Origin: a virus
Taxonomy: Duplodnaviria; Caudoviricetes
IMG/VR virus record: IMGVR_UViG_3300021399_000147
Coordinates: 8,894-72,893 of that record
Direction: 5' to 3' (one strand)
Length of the DNA stretch: 64,000 nucleotides
Part shown: piece by piece, positions 54,300 to 63,179 of the stretch
Numbering within the stretch: the stretch's first letter is position 1
Layout of the letters: each line of letters starts with the position of its first letter
Translations under genes and position numbers: made by a program
Notes under the pieces: generated by a model
Databases searched by the model: none
What the model saw: the letters and a program-made list of their open reading frames with translations, nothing else
What the model was told of the DNA's origin: nothing

Positions 54300-54572
54300 A
54301 TGATGTATGGTAAATTAGTTGATGGGGAATTTATTTTAGCACCAAAATCATTCGTTGAAGAAATTACTCACACCAGAGTAGAAACATATGTTGATGAGGA
54401 AACTGGTGAAGAGAAAACAATTACATATGACGAAACAGAAGAAGTCACAGTAATAGGTTTTACAGAAGAGTATATGAGAAAGAAAGGTTATAAACCTGTC
54501 ATTCTAGCAGAAAATCCTAGTGGTAAATATACAGAAGATATTGAGTATATTTATCAAGAAGAATTACAATGA
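54300..54572 (+). CDS. Hypothetical tail-fibre accessory protein
   Basis: MYGKLVDG...APK..GYKPVI. Confidence 0.6.
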   Translation: MMYGKLVDGEFILAPKSFVEEITHTRVETYVDEETGEEKTITYDETEEVTVIGFTEEYMRKKGYKPVILAENPSGKYTEDIEYIYQEELQ

Positions 54573-54652
54573 ATACCTAACAATTTCTAACAAAGGGGCT
54601 AATAATTATAGAGGAACTTTGTTATAATTGAGCTAGATTGAGAGGTTGACCT

Positions 54653-54988
54653 ATGATACAAACAATATTACCTATATTACAGACTTTATTAGCTTTTGCG
54701 AATATATGCATAATAGGATATGGCTTATTTAACTTTCTTAAAAAGCCACATACTGAACTTGAAGATAAAGTAAAAGAACATGATATTAAAATAAAAGAGA
54801 TTGAAAAGGCTTTACTTCGAGATAACGACAGATTTCATAAACACGACGATACAGATGAGGTAATATTGTCATGTATGCTCGCCCTTATTGATTTTGAATT
54901 AGCATATTGTATTCATACGTCATATGAAGATACAGAAGATTTAATAAAAGCGAGGACAGAGCTTAGAACACATTTAGCAAGGAAATGA
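54653..54988 (+). CDS. Holin-like membrane protein
   Basis: N-terminal transmembrane helix plus coiled coil, in the lysis module. Confidence 0.5.
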   Translation: MIQTILPILQTLLAFANICIIGYGLFNFLKKPHTELEDKVKEHDIKIKEIEKALLRDNDRFHKHDDTDEVILSCMLALIDFELAYCIHTSYEDTEDLIKARTELRTHLARK

Positions 54989-54989
54989 T

Positions 54990-55187
54990 ATGAAAGCACT
55001 AGATAGATATGTAAGATTCTCATTTATTTGTCTGATAACATTTACTATTGTAGAAATTGTTGTACAGGCTATAACAAGCGTACCTCAGGACACACTTATC
55101 ACTTGTTTCTTTAGCGCATTTGGAGGAGAACTCCTCCTTTGCGCTATGATTAAAAGACTAAAATTAAAGGAGAAAAAGGATGAATGA
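54990..55187 (+). CDS. Small two-helix membrane protein (holin candidate)
   Basis: Two hydrophobic segments, PQDTLI..FF.AFGGEL..A.IK. Confidence 0.55.
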   Translation: MKALDRYVRFSFICLITFTIVEIVVQAITSVPQDTLITCFFSAFGGELLLCAMIKRLKLKEKKDE

Positions 55188-55500
55188 TGTAGTATTTACA
55201 ATTTTACAGGCAGTACTGTCATTATCAATCATACTTATCATGCGGCATGTTTTGCCTTACTTAAAACTAAAACTGCAATCTGTATGTGATGAGTACTTGC
55301 TTAATGCCATCAAAGAAGCCGTAAAGTCTGTTGAGCAGACCATAATTGGTGAGAAGATGGGGAAAGCTAAAAAGGAAGAAGTTCTGTGCAGAATTACTGC
55401 ATGGGCAAATGAGCATAATATTCCTTTTACACAGAAACAGTTATCTGACTTAATTGAAACTGCTGTTTGGACAATGAATAATGAGGATAAGAAAAAATGA
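55180..55500 (+). CDS. Holin, LL-H family-like
   Basis: AVKSVEQ....G.AKKEEV...QLSDLIETAV..MN. Confidence 0.75.
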   Translation: MNDVVFTILQAVLSLSIILIMRHVLPYLKLKLQSVCDEYLLNAIKEAVKSVEQTIIGEKMGKAKKEEVLCRITAWANEHNIPFTQKQLSDLIETAVWTMNNEDKKK

Positions 55501-56276
55501 GTGAATTGTTGGGGATTGATGTGTCACACCACCAAGGCAAGATTGATTGGTCTAAAGTGGCAAAATCGGGCAAAAAGTTTGCTATTTTGAAGTGTCAGTA
55601 TGAAGCGGCAAGCCATAACATTGATGATGAATTTGAACGCAATTATAAAGGTTGTGGAGATAACGGAATTGCAAGGGGTGTTTATATTTACATTGCTAGA
55701 GCATCAATGGCAGACCCCGAAAAAGACGCAGAATGCCTTTTGAAACATCTAAACGGACGTAAACTTGAATATGGCATTTGGCTTGATTTAGAGGATAAGA
55801 CTGTTGATGTAAAAGGCAAGGCGTATATCAGAGAGTTGGTTTACACATATGCTAATATCTTTATGGATGCGGGTTATTATGTAGGCATATATTGCAATCG
55901 AGATTGGTATAATAGACTTATCCATGATGATTTAAAGAGGGATTTTGATTTTTGGATTGCTCGTTATCCGAATAATGACACAGGAAAATACAATGCTACA
56001 TCAAGCCTTAAACCTAGTACAAGCATGGCGGTAGCATGGCAGTATTCAAGCAAGGGCACAGTTGATGGAATAAGCACAGTAGTTGACCTTGATGTAGATT
56101 ATGATGGTGTAATCAATCTGATTGCAGATTTACCACTAAAGAAATCACTTGAAGAAATTGCACAGGAAGTAATTGATGGCAAGTGGGGAAATGGCAATAT
56201 AAGGCGTGCTAATCTCACTAATGCAGGTTACAACTATGCAATGGTACAGGCAAAAGTGAATGAGATGTTGAAGTAA
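55497..56276 (+). CDS. Endolysin: GH25 muramidase plus Cpl-7 cell-wall-binding repeat
   Basis: GIDVSHHQGKIDW, LDLED, WIARY, WQYSSKG.VDG; EIAQEVIDGKWGNG..R..L..AGYNY..VQA.VN. Confidence 0.93.
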   Translation: MSELLGIDVSHHQGKIDWSKVAKSGKKFAILKCQYEAASHNIDDEFERNYKGCGDNGIARGVYIYIARASMADPEKDAECLLKHLNGRKLEYGIWLDLEDKTVDVKGKAYIRELVYTYANIFMDAGYYVGIYCNRDWYNRLIHDDLKRDFDFWIARYPNNDTGKYNATSSLKPSTSMAVAWQYSSKGTVDGISTVVDLDVDYDGVINLIADLPLKKSLEEIAQEVIDGKWGNGNIRRANLTNAGYNYAMVQAKVNEMLK

Positions 56277-56294
56277 AACAAGGGGGATATTGTC

Positions 56295-56558
56295 ATGGAA
56301 GACAATAAAAAAGATACAAACATTTCATACTTTGTTTTAGAAGGCATATTAAATCATCATTCAATGATTATTAAACGTCTTATTGCTACTATTATAGTTT
56401 TAGTATTTATGATTGGAGCTATAATAGCTGGATTTCTTTGGTACCTCAGTTTACCAGTAGAAGAGTATGATACAGTAACCGTTGAAAATGAAGAAGGTAA
56501 TGCGAATTACATCGGACAAGATATGAATGGAGACTTCAATTATGGCAAAAGTAACTAA
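56295..56558 (+). CDS. Membrane protein, first gene of the post-lysin module
   Basis: Single transmembrane helix; GNANYIG motif. Confidence 0.65.
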   Translation: MEDNKKDTNISYFVLEGILNHHSMIIKRLIATIIVLVFMIGAIIAGFLWYLSLPVEEYDTVTVENEEGNANYIGQDMNGDFNYGKSN

Positions 56559-56606
56559 AGTGACTTATAAAAGAAGGCGTGGGGGAGCAAGACGAAAGCG
56601 AAAGAA

Positions 56607-56813
56607 ATGAAACTAGACAACATGGACAATGCTGAAATATCACAAGCTATTGACAGATATGTTCGTGGAGAAAGGGCTAGAGCAATCTTAAAACGCCGTC
56701 TTATTGATGAAATTTGTTATGAACCTTTGGCAGAAGAATTTGATATTTCAGTTTCTCAGCTAAAAAGAATTTTGTACAAATCTCAGGAACAACTATTTAA
56801 TCATTTGAACTAA
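56607..56813 (+). CDS. Sigma-70 region-4-like HTH protein
   Basis: RAILKRRLIDEICYEPLAEEFDISVSQLKRIL. Confidence 0.7.
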   Translation: MKLDNMDNAEISQAIDRYVRGERARAILKRRLIDEICYEPLAEEFDISVSQLKRILYKSQEQLFNHLN

Positions 56814-56878
56814 ATATTATCCATTTTTGAGCTATTCTCGGACTCGAGGATAGCTCTTTTCTTTTCTACAATTTATAT

Positions 56879-57259
56879 ATGTCATATATAAATTTTAATC
56901 CAAATCCAGAACTGAAAAATGTAGGGGACTGTGTTATCAGAGCCTTTTGTGCCGCCACTAATTGTGATTGGGAGACTGCATTTACAAAGATTGTGCTTAG
57001 GGCATTTATCTTACATGATATGCCATCTTCTGATGATGTTTGGGGAGCACAGCTTCATAGTGAAGGCTTTGTTAGAGAGATTATACCCAACACTTGTCCC
57101 TATTGTTATACAGTAAAGGATTTCTGTGAAGAACATCCTACTGGTACATATGTTTTAGGCACAGGTACCCATGCTGTCTGTGTAAAAGATGGCAACTACT
57201 ATGATGCATGGGATAGTGGAAATAAAGTACCTCTATTTTATTGGCGAAAGGAGAATTAA
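56879..57259 (+). CDS. Conserved protein with papain/C39-like Cys-His motifs
   Basis: NPNP..VGDCVIRA, GTHAVCV.DG.YYD.WDSG. Confidence 0.6.
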   Translation: MSYINFNPNPELKNVGDCVIRAFCAATNCDWETAFTKIVLRAFILHDMPSSDDVWGAQLHSEGFVREIIPNTCPYCYTVKDFCEEHPTGTYVLGTGTHAVCVKDGNYYDAWDSGNKVPLFYWRKEN

Positions 57260-57261
57260 AT

Positions 57262-57738
57262 ATGCCAGCACCTTATTTTAACAATTATCAACAGAGTTAT
57301 GCACCTTATCAACAGAACATGAATCCTTCCTATAATCAAGGAAACAGCTACTCACCTAATTATCAGCCACCTCAGATGCAGATGGCTCAGCCTTCTCAGT
57401 CATCAACAATAAACTGGGTGCAGGGTGATGTAGGAGCTAGAGCATATCCTATTCAGCCTGGAATGTCAGTTTTACTTATGGACTCAGAGGGACAGAACTT
57501 CTATATTAAGTCCGCAGACACTATGGGCATGCCTAGTCTAAAGAAGTATGCATATTCAGAAGTAGTAGAAGAACCTATGCGTTTAGAGAGCCATGAAGCT
57601 AAACAGATAGATACTGCGTTTAATGCTACTAGAGAAGAAGTAAAGCAGATGCAGGAAGAGATTAACAGACTTAAAGAGCAGATAAAACGCATGGAAGATG
57701 AAAAACAGCAGGATAATAGAGGAAGAAAGAATGGCTAA
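57262..57738 (+). CDS. Q/N/Y/P-rich low-complexity protein with WVQG domain and coiled coil
   Basis: INWVQGDVGARAY...LMDSE...FYIKS.D..GMP. Confidence 0.7.
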   Translation: MPAPYFNNYQQSYAPYQQNMNPSYNQGNSYSPNYQPPQMQMAQPSQSSTINWVQGDVGARAYPIQPGMSVLLMDSEGQNFYIKSADTMGMPSLKKYAYSEVVEEPMRLESHEAKQIDTAFNATREEVKQMQEEINRLKEQIKRMEDEKQQDNRGRKNG

Positions 57739-57982
57739 TTCTATATATGAACAATTGAATGGAAATCAATCACAAAATAATACGAATGATTTTCAGTCAC
57801 AATTCAATTCATTTAGACAGAATCCTATTCAGTTTATGGCTCAGAGAAATCTCAATATTCCACCTGAATATCAGAATAATCCTCATGAAGCTGTCAATTA
57901 TCTGATACAGAGTGGAAGAATGAATCAAGAGGCCCTACAGAAAGTAATAGGAACATTACAGAAAATGGGATTTAGATTTTGA
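57731..57982 (+). CDS. Gln/Asn-rich small helical protein
   Basis: NPIQFM..NIP...NNP...VNYLIQSGRMNQ. Confidence 0.65.
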   Translation: MANSIYEQLNGNQSQNNTNDFQSQFNSFRQNPIQFMAQRNLNIPPEYQNNPHEAVNYLIQSGRMNQEALQKVIGTLQKMGFRF

Positions 57983-58052
57983 AAAATGAATTAAACTTAG
58001 GTTTCAATCCTTGCAAGGGAAACAATATCAATCTTTTAGAAAGGAGATAACT

Positions 58053-58973
58053 ATGGATAACGGTACTAATATGTATATGCCAGTTGCTCCAGCTTATGGC
58101 TATGGAAACGCAGGTTTCGGTAGTGGTATGTTTGGCGGAGATGGCTGGTGGGTAATCCTTTTCCTCTTTGCTCTTATGGGCAATGGATTCGGAGGATGGG
58201 GTGGATTTGGAGGAATGGGAGGTATGATGGGTTATGATATGACACTTCCTTACTTCTATAACACTCAGACACAGAATGATGTGAACAGAGGATTCCAGAA
58301 TCAGCAGTTAGCTTCTCAGCTTGCAGGCATTCAGAGTGCAGTAACAACAGGATTTGGTGATACTGCTCTTGGTATTGCAGGTGTAAATCAGAACATCTGT
58401 CAGACAGGTAATGCTATTACAGGTGCAGTAACTAGTGGCTTTGCTAATGCAGAAACTGCCGCTAATGCTAGACAGATTGCTAATCTACAGCAGGCATTCA
58501 ATTCACAGACTGCTATTACAGGTGGTCTTAATAACCTTTCATCTCAGTTCGCTGACTGTTGCTGTGAAAACCGTCTTGCAACTTGCCAGACACAGAACAT
58601 CATTCAGAATGAAGGTAACCAGACAAGATTTGCTGATGCTAATAACACAAGAGATATTATTCAGAGCCAGACACAGGGTACTCAGGCTATTCTTGATAAA
58701 CTTTGTCAGCTCGAACTTGATGGAGTTAAAGCACAGGTTGAAGCTAAAAATGACCGTATTGCAGAGCTTACTACTCAGCTTAATATGGCTACTCTTAGAG
58801 AATCTCAGACAGCTCAGAACGCTTTCATTTCTCAGGGCTTCGCTAATGAGGTTGACCAGCTCTATAACAGGCTCAATAACTGCCCTGTTCCATCAACTCC
58901 TGTATATGGCAGAACTCCTATCTTCACTTGCAATCAGGACTACGGATGTGGCTGTGGATGCGGTGTAGCATAA
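58053..58973 (+). CDS. Gly-rich, Gln/Asn-rich protein with CC and terminal CGCGCG motifs
   Basis: FGGDGWWVILFLFALMG, DCCCENR, TQAILDKL, CGCGCG; AAAGGAG RBS. Confidence 0.8.
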   Translation: MDNGTNMYMPVAPAYGYGNAGFGSGMFGGDGWWVILFLFALMGNGFGGWGGFGGMGGMMGYDMTLPYFYNTQTQNDVNRGFQNQQLASQLAGIQSAVTTGFGDTALGIAGVNQNICQTGNAITGAVTSGFANAETAANARQIANLQQAFNSQTAITGGLNNLSSQFADCCCENRLATCQTQNIIQNEGNQTRFADANNTRDIIQSQTQGTQAILDKLCQLELDGVKAQVEAKNDRIAELTTQLNMATLRESQTAQNAFISQGFANEVDQLYNRLNNCPVPSTPVYGRTPIFTCNQDYGCGCGCGVA

Positions 58974-58987
58974 AGTGAGGTGATACT

Positions 58988-59455
58988 ATGGCAGAGTTTA
59001 CGAGTAATCCTGTACAGACAGTACAACCTAATCAGCCAGTAGTTTTAAGTACTACGATTAGATGTCCTAAAGGTTACGTTTATCACAGACCTGAATCTGG
59101 AATTGTAACCCTCAGAGGTATCACTAATAACTGTTTTGCTCGCTATCAAGTGACATTCAATGGTAATATTGCAATTCCTGATGGTGGAACAGTTGGCCCG
59201 ATAGCTGTCGCATTAGCTATTGACGGAGAACCTATACTCACTTCAAGAGCAATAGTTACTCCTGCAGCCACTGCGACTAACCCTCCTACAACTGACAATT
59301 TCTTTAATGTCACCAGTACTGAAATAATCACTGTGCCTAAGGGATGTTGCTGGAATATTTCAGTAGAGAATGTAACAGAACCTGCTACACCTACTACACC
59401 AGCTAGTCCTATTTTAGTACAGAACGCAAACTTAACGGTTAGTCGCATAGCGTAA
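58988..59455 (+). CDS. Beta-sandwich protein (BclA C-terminal/C1q-like possible)
   Basis: HRPESGIVTLRG, ARYQV.F.GNIAIP.GGTV..I.VA.AI.GEP, VPKGCC.NISVEN. Confidence 0.6.
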   Translation: MAEFTSNPVQTVQPNQPVVLSTTIRCPKGYVYHRPESGIVTLRGITNNCFARYQVTFNGNIAIPDGGTVGPIAVALAIDGEPILTSRAIVTPAATATNPPTTDNFFNVTSTEIITVPKGCCWNISVENVTEPATPTTPASPILVQNANLTVSRIA

Positions 59456-59467
59456 AGGAGGAATATT

Positions 59468-59908
59468 ATGTCAAAGAAATTAGAAAGCCTCCGTGATACA
59501 CTTTGCGGAGAGTTAGAAAAAGTTGCTAAGAAAGAGGAAATCAGTATGTCTGACCTTGATGTTATAGACAAACTGACACACTCCATTAAAAATCTCGACA
59601 AAGTAATGCTTGGTAATGAAATGATTGAGCAGTACGGATATGACTTTCCCGACTATAGTGGAGCTAGAAGAGGTCGAGATGGAGACAACGACGGCAGATA
59701 CAATGAAAGTAACAGAAGAGGAAGAAGTCGTGACAGCTACGATAGAAGCTACGATTACTCAGGAAGACGATATGATGATGGAAGAAGCTACGAAGGTAAC
59801 TACGATAACTCCAGAGACTATTCCAGAAATCGTGGTGGATATAGCGGACATGACGAAGAAATAGACCGCTTCAAGCACATGATGAAAGATGCCGTAAATC
59901 AGTTATAA
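59468..59908 (+). CDS. Helical protein with R/Y/D/S/G-rich disordered tail
   Basis: LRDTLCGELE..DKLTHSIKNLDK, then SYDRSYDYSGRRYDDG repeats. Confidence 0.7.
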   Translation: MSKKLESLRDTLCGELEKVAKKEEISMSDLDVIDKLTHSIKNLDKVMLGNEMIEQYGYDFPDYSGARRGRDGDNDGRYNESNRRGRSRDSYDRSYDYSGRRYDDGRSYEGNYDNSRDYSRNRGGYSGHDEEIDRFKHMMKDAVNQL

Positions 59909-59936
59909 ATAAGATACCCCCATAAATCTTATTTTT

Positions 59937-59968
59937 GAGCCAGTCAGAAATGACTGGCTCTTTCTTTT
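59937..59968 (+). terminator. Intrinsic terminator
   Basis: GAGCCAGTCA-GAAA-TGACTGGCTC followed by TTTCTTTT. Confidence 0.9.
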
Positions 59969-59974
59969 GCAGAA

Positions 59975-60003
59975 TTGACAAGCAAATAAATATGTTATAG
60001 AAT
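59975..60003 (+). promoter_or_regulatory. Sigma-A promoter
   Basis: TTGACA-17-TAGAAT. Confidence 0.8.
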
Positions 60004-60052
60004 GTTTAGCATAAGATAATTTTTGCAACAAAACGATAGAAACGGAGAAACT

Positions 60053-61747
60053 ATGATAACAGTAAGAATTAAAAAGGCTAAGTTTATGCCTGATGATTAT
60101 TCAGCTTATCTTACTTTCCCTTACAATCAAAATGTTATTGATACTGTAAAGAAGTTAAGATATAGAAGCTGGATAAAAGGTACAAAAGAATGGGAAATAA
60201 GAATTGAAGATTTACCTGTATTATTTGATGCATTTCCTAATATGGATTTTGATGTTAGCGGTAGATATGTAGAGCTTAATCCTACATTAAATTTCAATCT
60301 TGATACTTTCTCATTTAAAACACAATGCTACAAACATCAAAAAGAAGGCTTCAAATATGGAATGACACATACAAAATGGCTACTTGGAGATGAACAAGGT
60401 CTTGGTAAGACAAAGCAAGTAATTGATATAGCTGTTGCTAAAAAACAAGCATATGGATATAAGCATTGTCTTATTGTATGTGGTGTTAATGGTCTTAAAT
60501 GGAACTGGCAGAATGAAGTACATACACATTCTAATGAAGAAGCTCATATTTTAGGGCAGAAAGTGAGAAAGAAAACAGGAGAGATTTATATAGGAAGTAA
60601 CAAAGATAAACTCAATGATATTATGTGCCTGGATTCGATTTCAGCGTACTTTATCATAACTAATATAGAAACTCTCAGAGATGATAAAATATGCTCTAAA
60701 ATCGAAGAGTATTTACATTTGGATGACAGCGATAATAGAAAGATAAATATGATAGCTGCCGATGAATGCCACAAAATGAAGAATCCATCTAGTCAGCAAG
60801 GTAAAGCGTTTATTACATTAGATGCTGATTGTAGAATAGCTATGACAGGTACACCTCTCATGAACTCGCCGCTTGATTTATATATCATATTCAGATGGTT
60901 AGGTTATGAGAAACACGCTTTCTATTCATTTAAAAACTATTATGCTGTGATGGGTGGATATGGCGGATATGAAATAGTCGGATATAAACATTTAGATGAA
61001 CTAGAAGAGAAACTTCAATCTATAATGTTAAGACGATTAAAGAAAGATGTTTTAGACTTGCCTGAAAAAACATATGTTAATGAATATGTGGAAATGACTG
61101 CTAAACAAGCTATCATATATAAAGAGATTAAAGCAGAGATTAAGTCTAATATAGATATGATTTCTGTTTCGCCTAATCCTTTAGCAGAGATGATAAGATT
61201 GCGACAAGCAACTGGATATACAGGAATATTATCTAGTCAGGTACAAGAATCAGCAAAGTTAGATAGAATGGAAGAGCTTATTGCAGACGCACTTGCCAAT
61301 AAACAGTCAGTAATAGTATTTAGTAATTGGTCAAAAATCACAGATGAAGTAGAACGCCGATTAAGTAATATTTCATATAGATGCATAACAGGTGATACTG
61401 CTGATAGTGACAGACAAAAATTTGTAGATGAGTTTCAAGCAGGTGAAGCCGATGTTATGATAGGAACTACATCAGCACTTGGTACAGGACTAACTTTAAA
61501 CAGAGCAAGTGTTATCATTCTTTTAGATGAGCCATGGAATATGGCTACAAGAGAACAAGCTGTAGATAGAGCGCATAGAATAGGACAGACAAATGCTGTT
61601 ACTATATACACCATAATCGCAAAGGGCACGATTGATGAACGAATACATAACTTAGTATATGAAAAGGGAGAAATGAGTGCCAGAATTGTAGATGGCAATG
61701 GTACAGTCATCAATAAAAAGGAACTCGTTGATTATTTATTAGAGTAA
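60053..61747 (+). CDS. SNF2-family helicase/annealase with N-terminal HARP-like domain
   Basis: LLGDEQGLGKT, ADECH, MTGTP, MLRRLKKDV.DLPEK, GTGLTL.RA, QAVDRAHRIGQ. Confidence 0.92.
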   Translation: MITVRIKKAKFMPDDYSAYLTFPYNQNVIDTVKKLRYRSWIKGTKEWEIRIEDLPVLFDAFPNMDFDVSGRYVELNPTLNFNLDTFSFKTQCYKHQKEGFKYGMTHTKWLLGDEQGLGKTKQVIDIAVAKKQAYGYKHCLIVCGVNGLKWNWQNEVHTHSNEEAHILGQKVRKKTGEIYIGSNKDKLNDIMCLDSISAYFIITNIETLRDDKICSKIEEYLHLDDSDNRKINMIAADECHKMKNPSSQQGKAFITLDADCRIAMTGTPLMNSPLDLYIIFRWLGYEKHAFYSFKNYYAVMGGYGGYEIVGYKHLDELEEKLQSIMLRRLKKDVLDLPEKTYVNEYVEMTAKQAIIYKEIKAEIKSNIDMISVSPNPLAEMIRLRQATGYTGILSSQVQESAKLDRMEELIADALANKQSVIVFSNWSKITDEVERRLSNISYRCITGDTADSDRQKFVDEFQAGEADVMIGTTSALGTGLTLNRASVIILLDEPWNMATREQAVDRAHRIGQTNAVTIYTIIAKGTIDERIHNLVYEKGEMSARIVDGNGTVINKKELVDYLLE

Positions 61748-61757
61748 AGGAGATTAT

Positions 61758-62027
61758 ATGGAGAACAAGATTAAAATTGAGGAACTTGCTATGCGTATTG
61801 ATTCCTCTACACAGACAATCAATAACTGGTACAAATGGAAAAGAGAGAATCCTAATTCTGAATTAGCTTCTATCTTACCAGACTATATTCAGGAAGGTAA
61901 CAGACGTACTAGATATTGGAATACAAGTGATATTTGGAAACTTGTAGAGTTTAAATCAAAAATAACCCACGGACGTAATGGAGTCATGGGGTTATATAGA
62001 GGCAAAAAGAAAGGGGATAAGAAATGA
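61758..62027 (+). CDS. Small HTH DNA-binding protein
   Basis: IEELAMRIDSSTQTINNWYKW. Confidence 0.65.
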   Translation: MENKIKIEELAMRIDSSTQTINNWYKWKRENPNSELASILPDYIQEGNRRTRYWNTSDIWKLVEFKSKITHGRNGVMGLYRGKKKGDKK

Positions 62028-62458
62028 GAAAACTAATCAACACAGAGGAACGAACTGACACAGTATATCAGGAGGATGACATTAAGGTCTTAGTAGAAAA
62101 ATACATAGAAAATAAAGACCAAGAAACTCACTATAAGAATCTTGCATCCGCCGAGAATACTCAGATTAAAGAGATGATGGCAACATTAAATATCAATAAA
62201 GTTGATACAGCAATGGGCAGTGCCATAGTTTCAGAACAGAAGCGAGAAAATTTCATTGAGGATTTATTGATTGATTTCTTAAAGAAGAATGGAAAAGCAG
62301 ATGGCATAGTTAAAACTAAAGAATATGTTGACTATGACGCTTTAGAATCAGCTATCTATAATGAAAAGATTCCTGCTGATATGTTAAGTGCTATGGCAGT
62401 TTGTAAGGAAGTAAAGACAGTTAAAGTGTTGAGAATCAAAAAGAAAGGAGAAAAATGA
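62024..62458 (+). CDS. Hypothetical protein (Gam-like pattern possible)
   Basis: IVKTKEYVDYDALESAIY. Confidence 0.55.
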   Translation: MRKLINTEERTDTVYQEDDIKVLVEKYIENKDQETHYKNLASAENTQIKEMMATLNINKVDTAMGSAIVSEQKRENFIEDLLIDFLKKNGKADGIVKTKEYVDYDALESAIYNEKIPADMLSAMAVCKEVKTVKVLRIKKKGEK

Positions 62459-62561
62459 TGTTAATAAATCCATTTGTAGCAGGTGTATTAAGTACGATAT
62501 TCTGTGAGATGTTATGTATTATTATTCTAGCAGTAATTAAATATTCAGGAGGAAAGAAATA

Positions 62562-62804
62562 ATGAGTTATGAAGTAAAAGGAAAAACAAAATCTATTAAA
62601 GGAACTTCAAGATGTGCTATGTGCATCAAAGACAGATTCTCAGGAAAAGACAATTATTACACAATTGAAGTTACAGAAGAAAGGGATATTCCAGATGTAG
62701 AAGATGTGAATATGGATAAAGAGTATGAAGCACTCTTCGATTCCATAAATGATGTAGTAGATAATCAGATGGAACAGATTGTAAAAGCAGTTAAGGGCGA
62801 ATAA
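62562..62804 (+). CDS. Hypothetical acidic protein
   Basis: ORF track; AGGAGG RBS. Confidence 0.65.
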   Translation: MSYEVKGKTKSIKGTSRCAMCIKDRFSGKDNYYTIEVTEERDIPDVEDVNMDKEYEALFDSINDVVDNQMEQIVKAVKGE

Positions 62805-62814
62805 ATAAATCCTG

Positions 62815-62843
62815 TTGATAACACACTACGAATATGTTAAAGT
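62815..62843 (+). promoter_or_regulatory. Cassette-class promoter driving the candidate sRNA
   Basis: (TCCTG)TTGATA-17-TAAAGT with TG extension; same TCCTGTTG context as the cassette promoters. Confidence 0.65.
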
Positions 62844-62849
62844 AATATA

Positions 62850-62944
62850 TGTAAATGAGATGTAAGTCACATTTGCGAAAATCCTTTCAATAAATATAGT
62901 GTGTTAGCAAAGACAGCAGGAAATCTATGTTCCTGCTGTCTTTT
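62850..62944 (+). ncRNA. Candidate trans-acting antisense sRNA complementary to the cassette leaders
   Basis: 5' hairpin 62851-62876; unpaired TCCTTTCAATAAATATAGTGTGTTAG; 14-bp terminator hairpin 62909-62943; no ORF with an RBS. Confidence 0.65.
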
Positions 62945-62945
62945 C
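62909..62945 (+). terminator. Intrinsic terminator
   Basis: AAAGACAGCAGGAA-ATCTATG-TTCCTGCTGTCTTTT. Confidence 0.85.
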
Positions 62946-62948
62946 GTA

Positions 62949-62977
62949 TTGACAGCATATTTATAATATGTTATAGT
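62949..62977 (+). promoter_or_regulatory. Sigma-A promoter of the replication initiator gene
   Basis: TTGACA-17-TATAGT with TG extension. Confidence 0.8.
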
Positions 62978-63179
62978 ATGTTTATGATGTATGCAGTAGA
63001 CTAGCTATCTATTGTGTGCTACAATGAATAAGCCAGTTGATGTGCGCATACGTTGACTGACAATGTACAAACACATAATAACTGGCAAAGAGCTTGATAT
63101 GAGGAAGATGCGCCTTCTGAATATCGAGCTTTTTATTTTAAGAAATACAGAGGAGAATTGTTGGGAGGAGAATTGAATA

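Noticed and set aside
58435-58968. Overlapping + strand ORF in an alternative frame
   Set aside because: No RBS; Leu-rich shadow of the GCT/ACT/CAG-biased main gene
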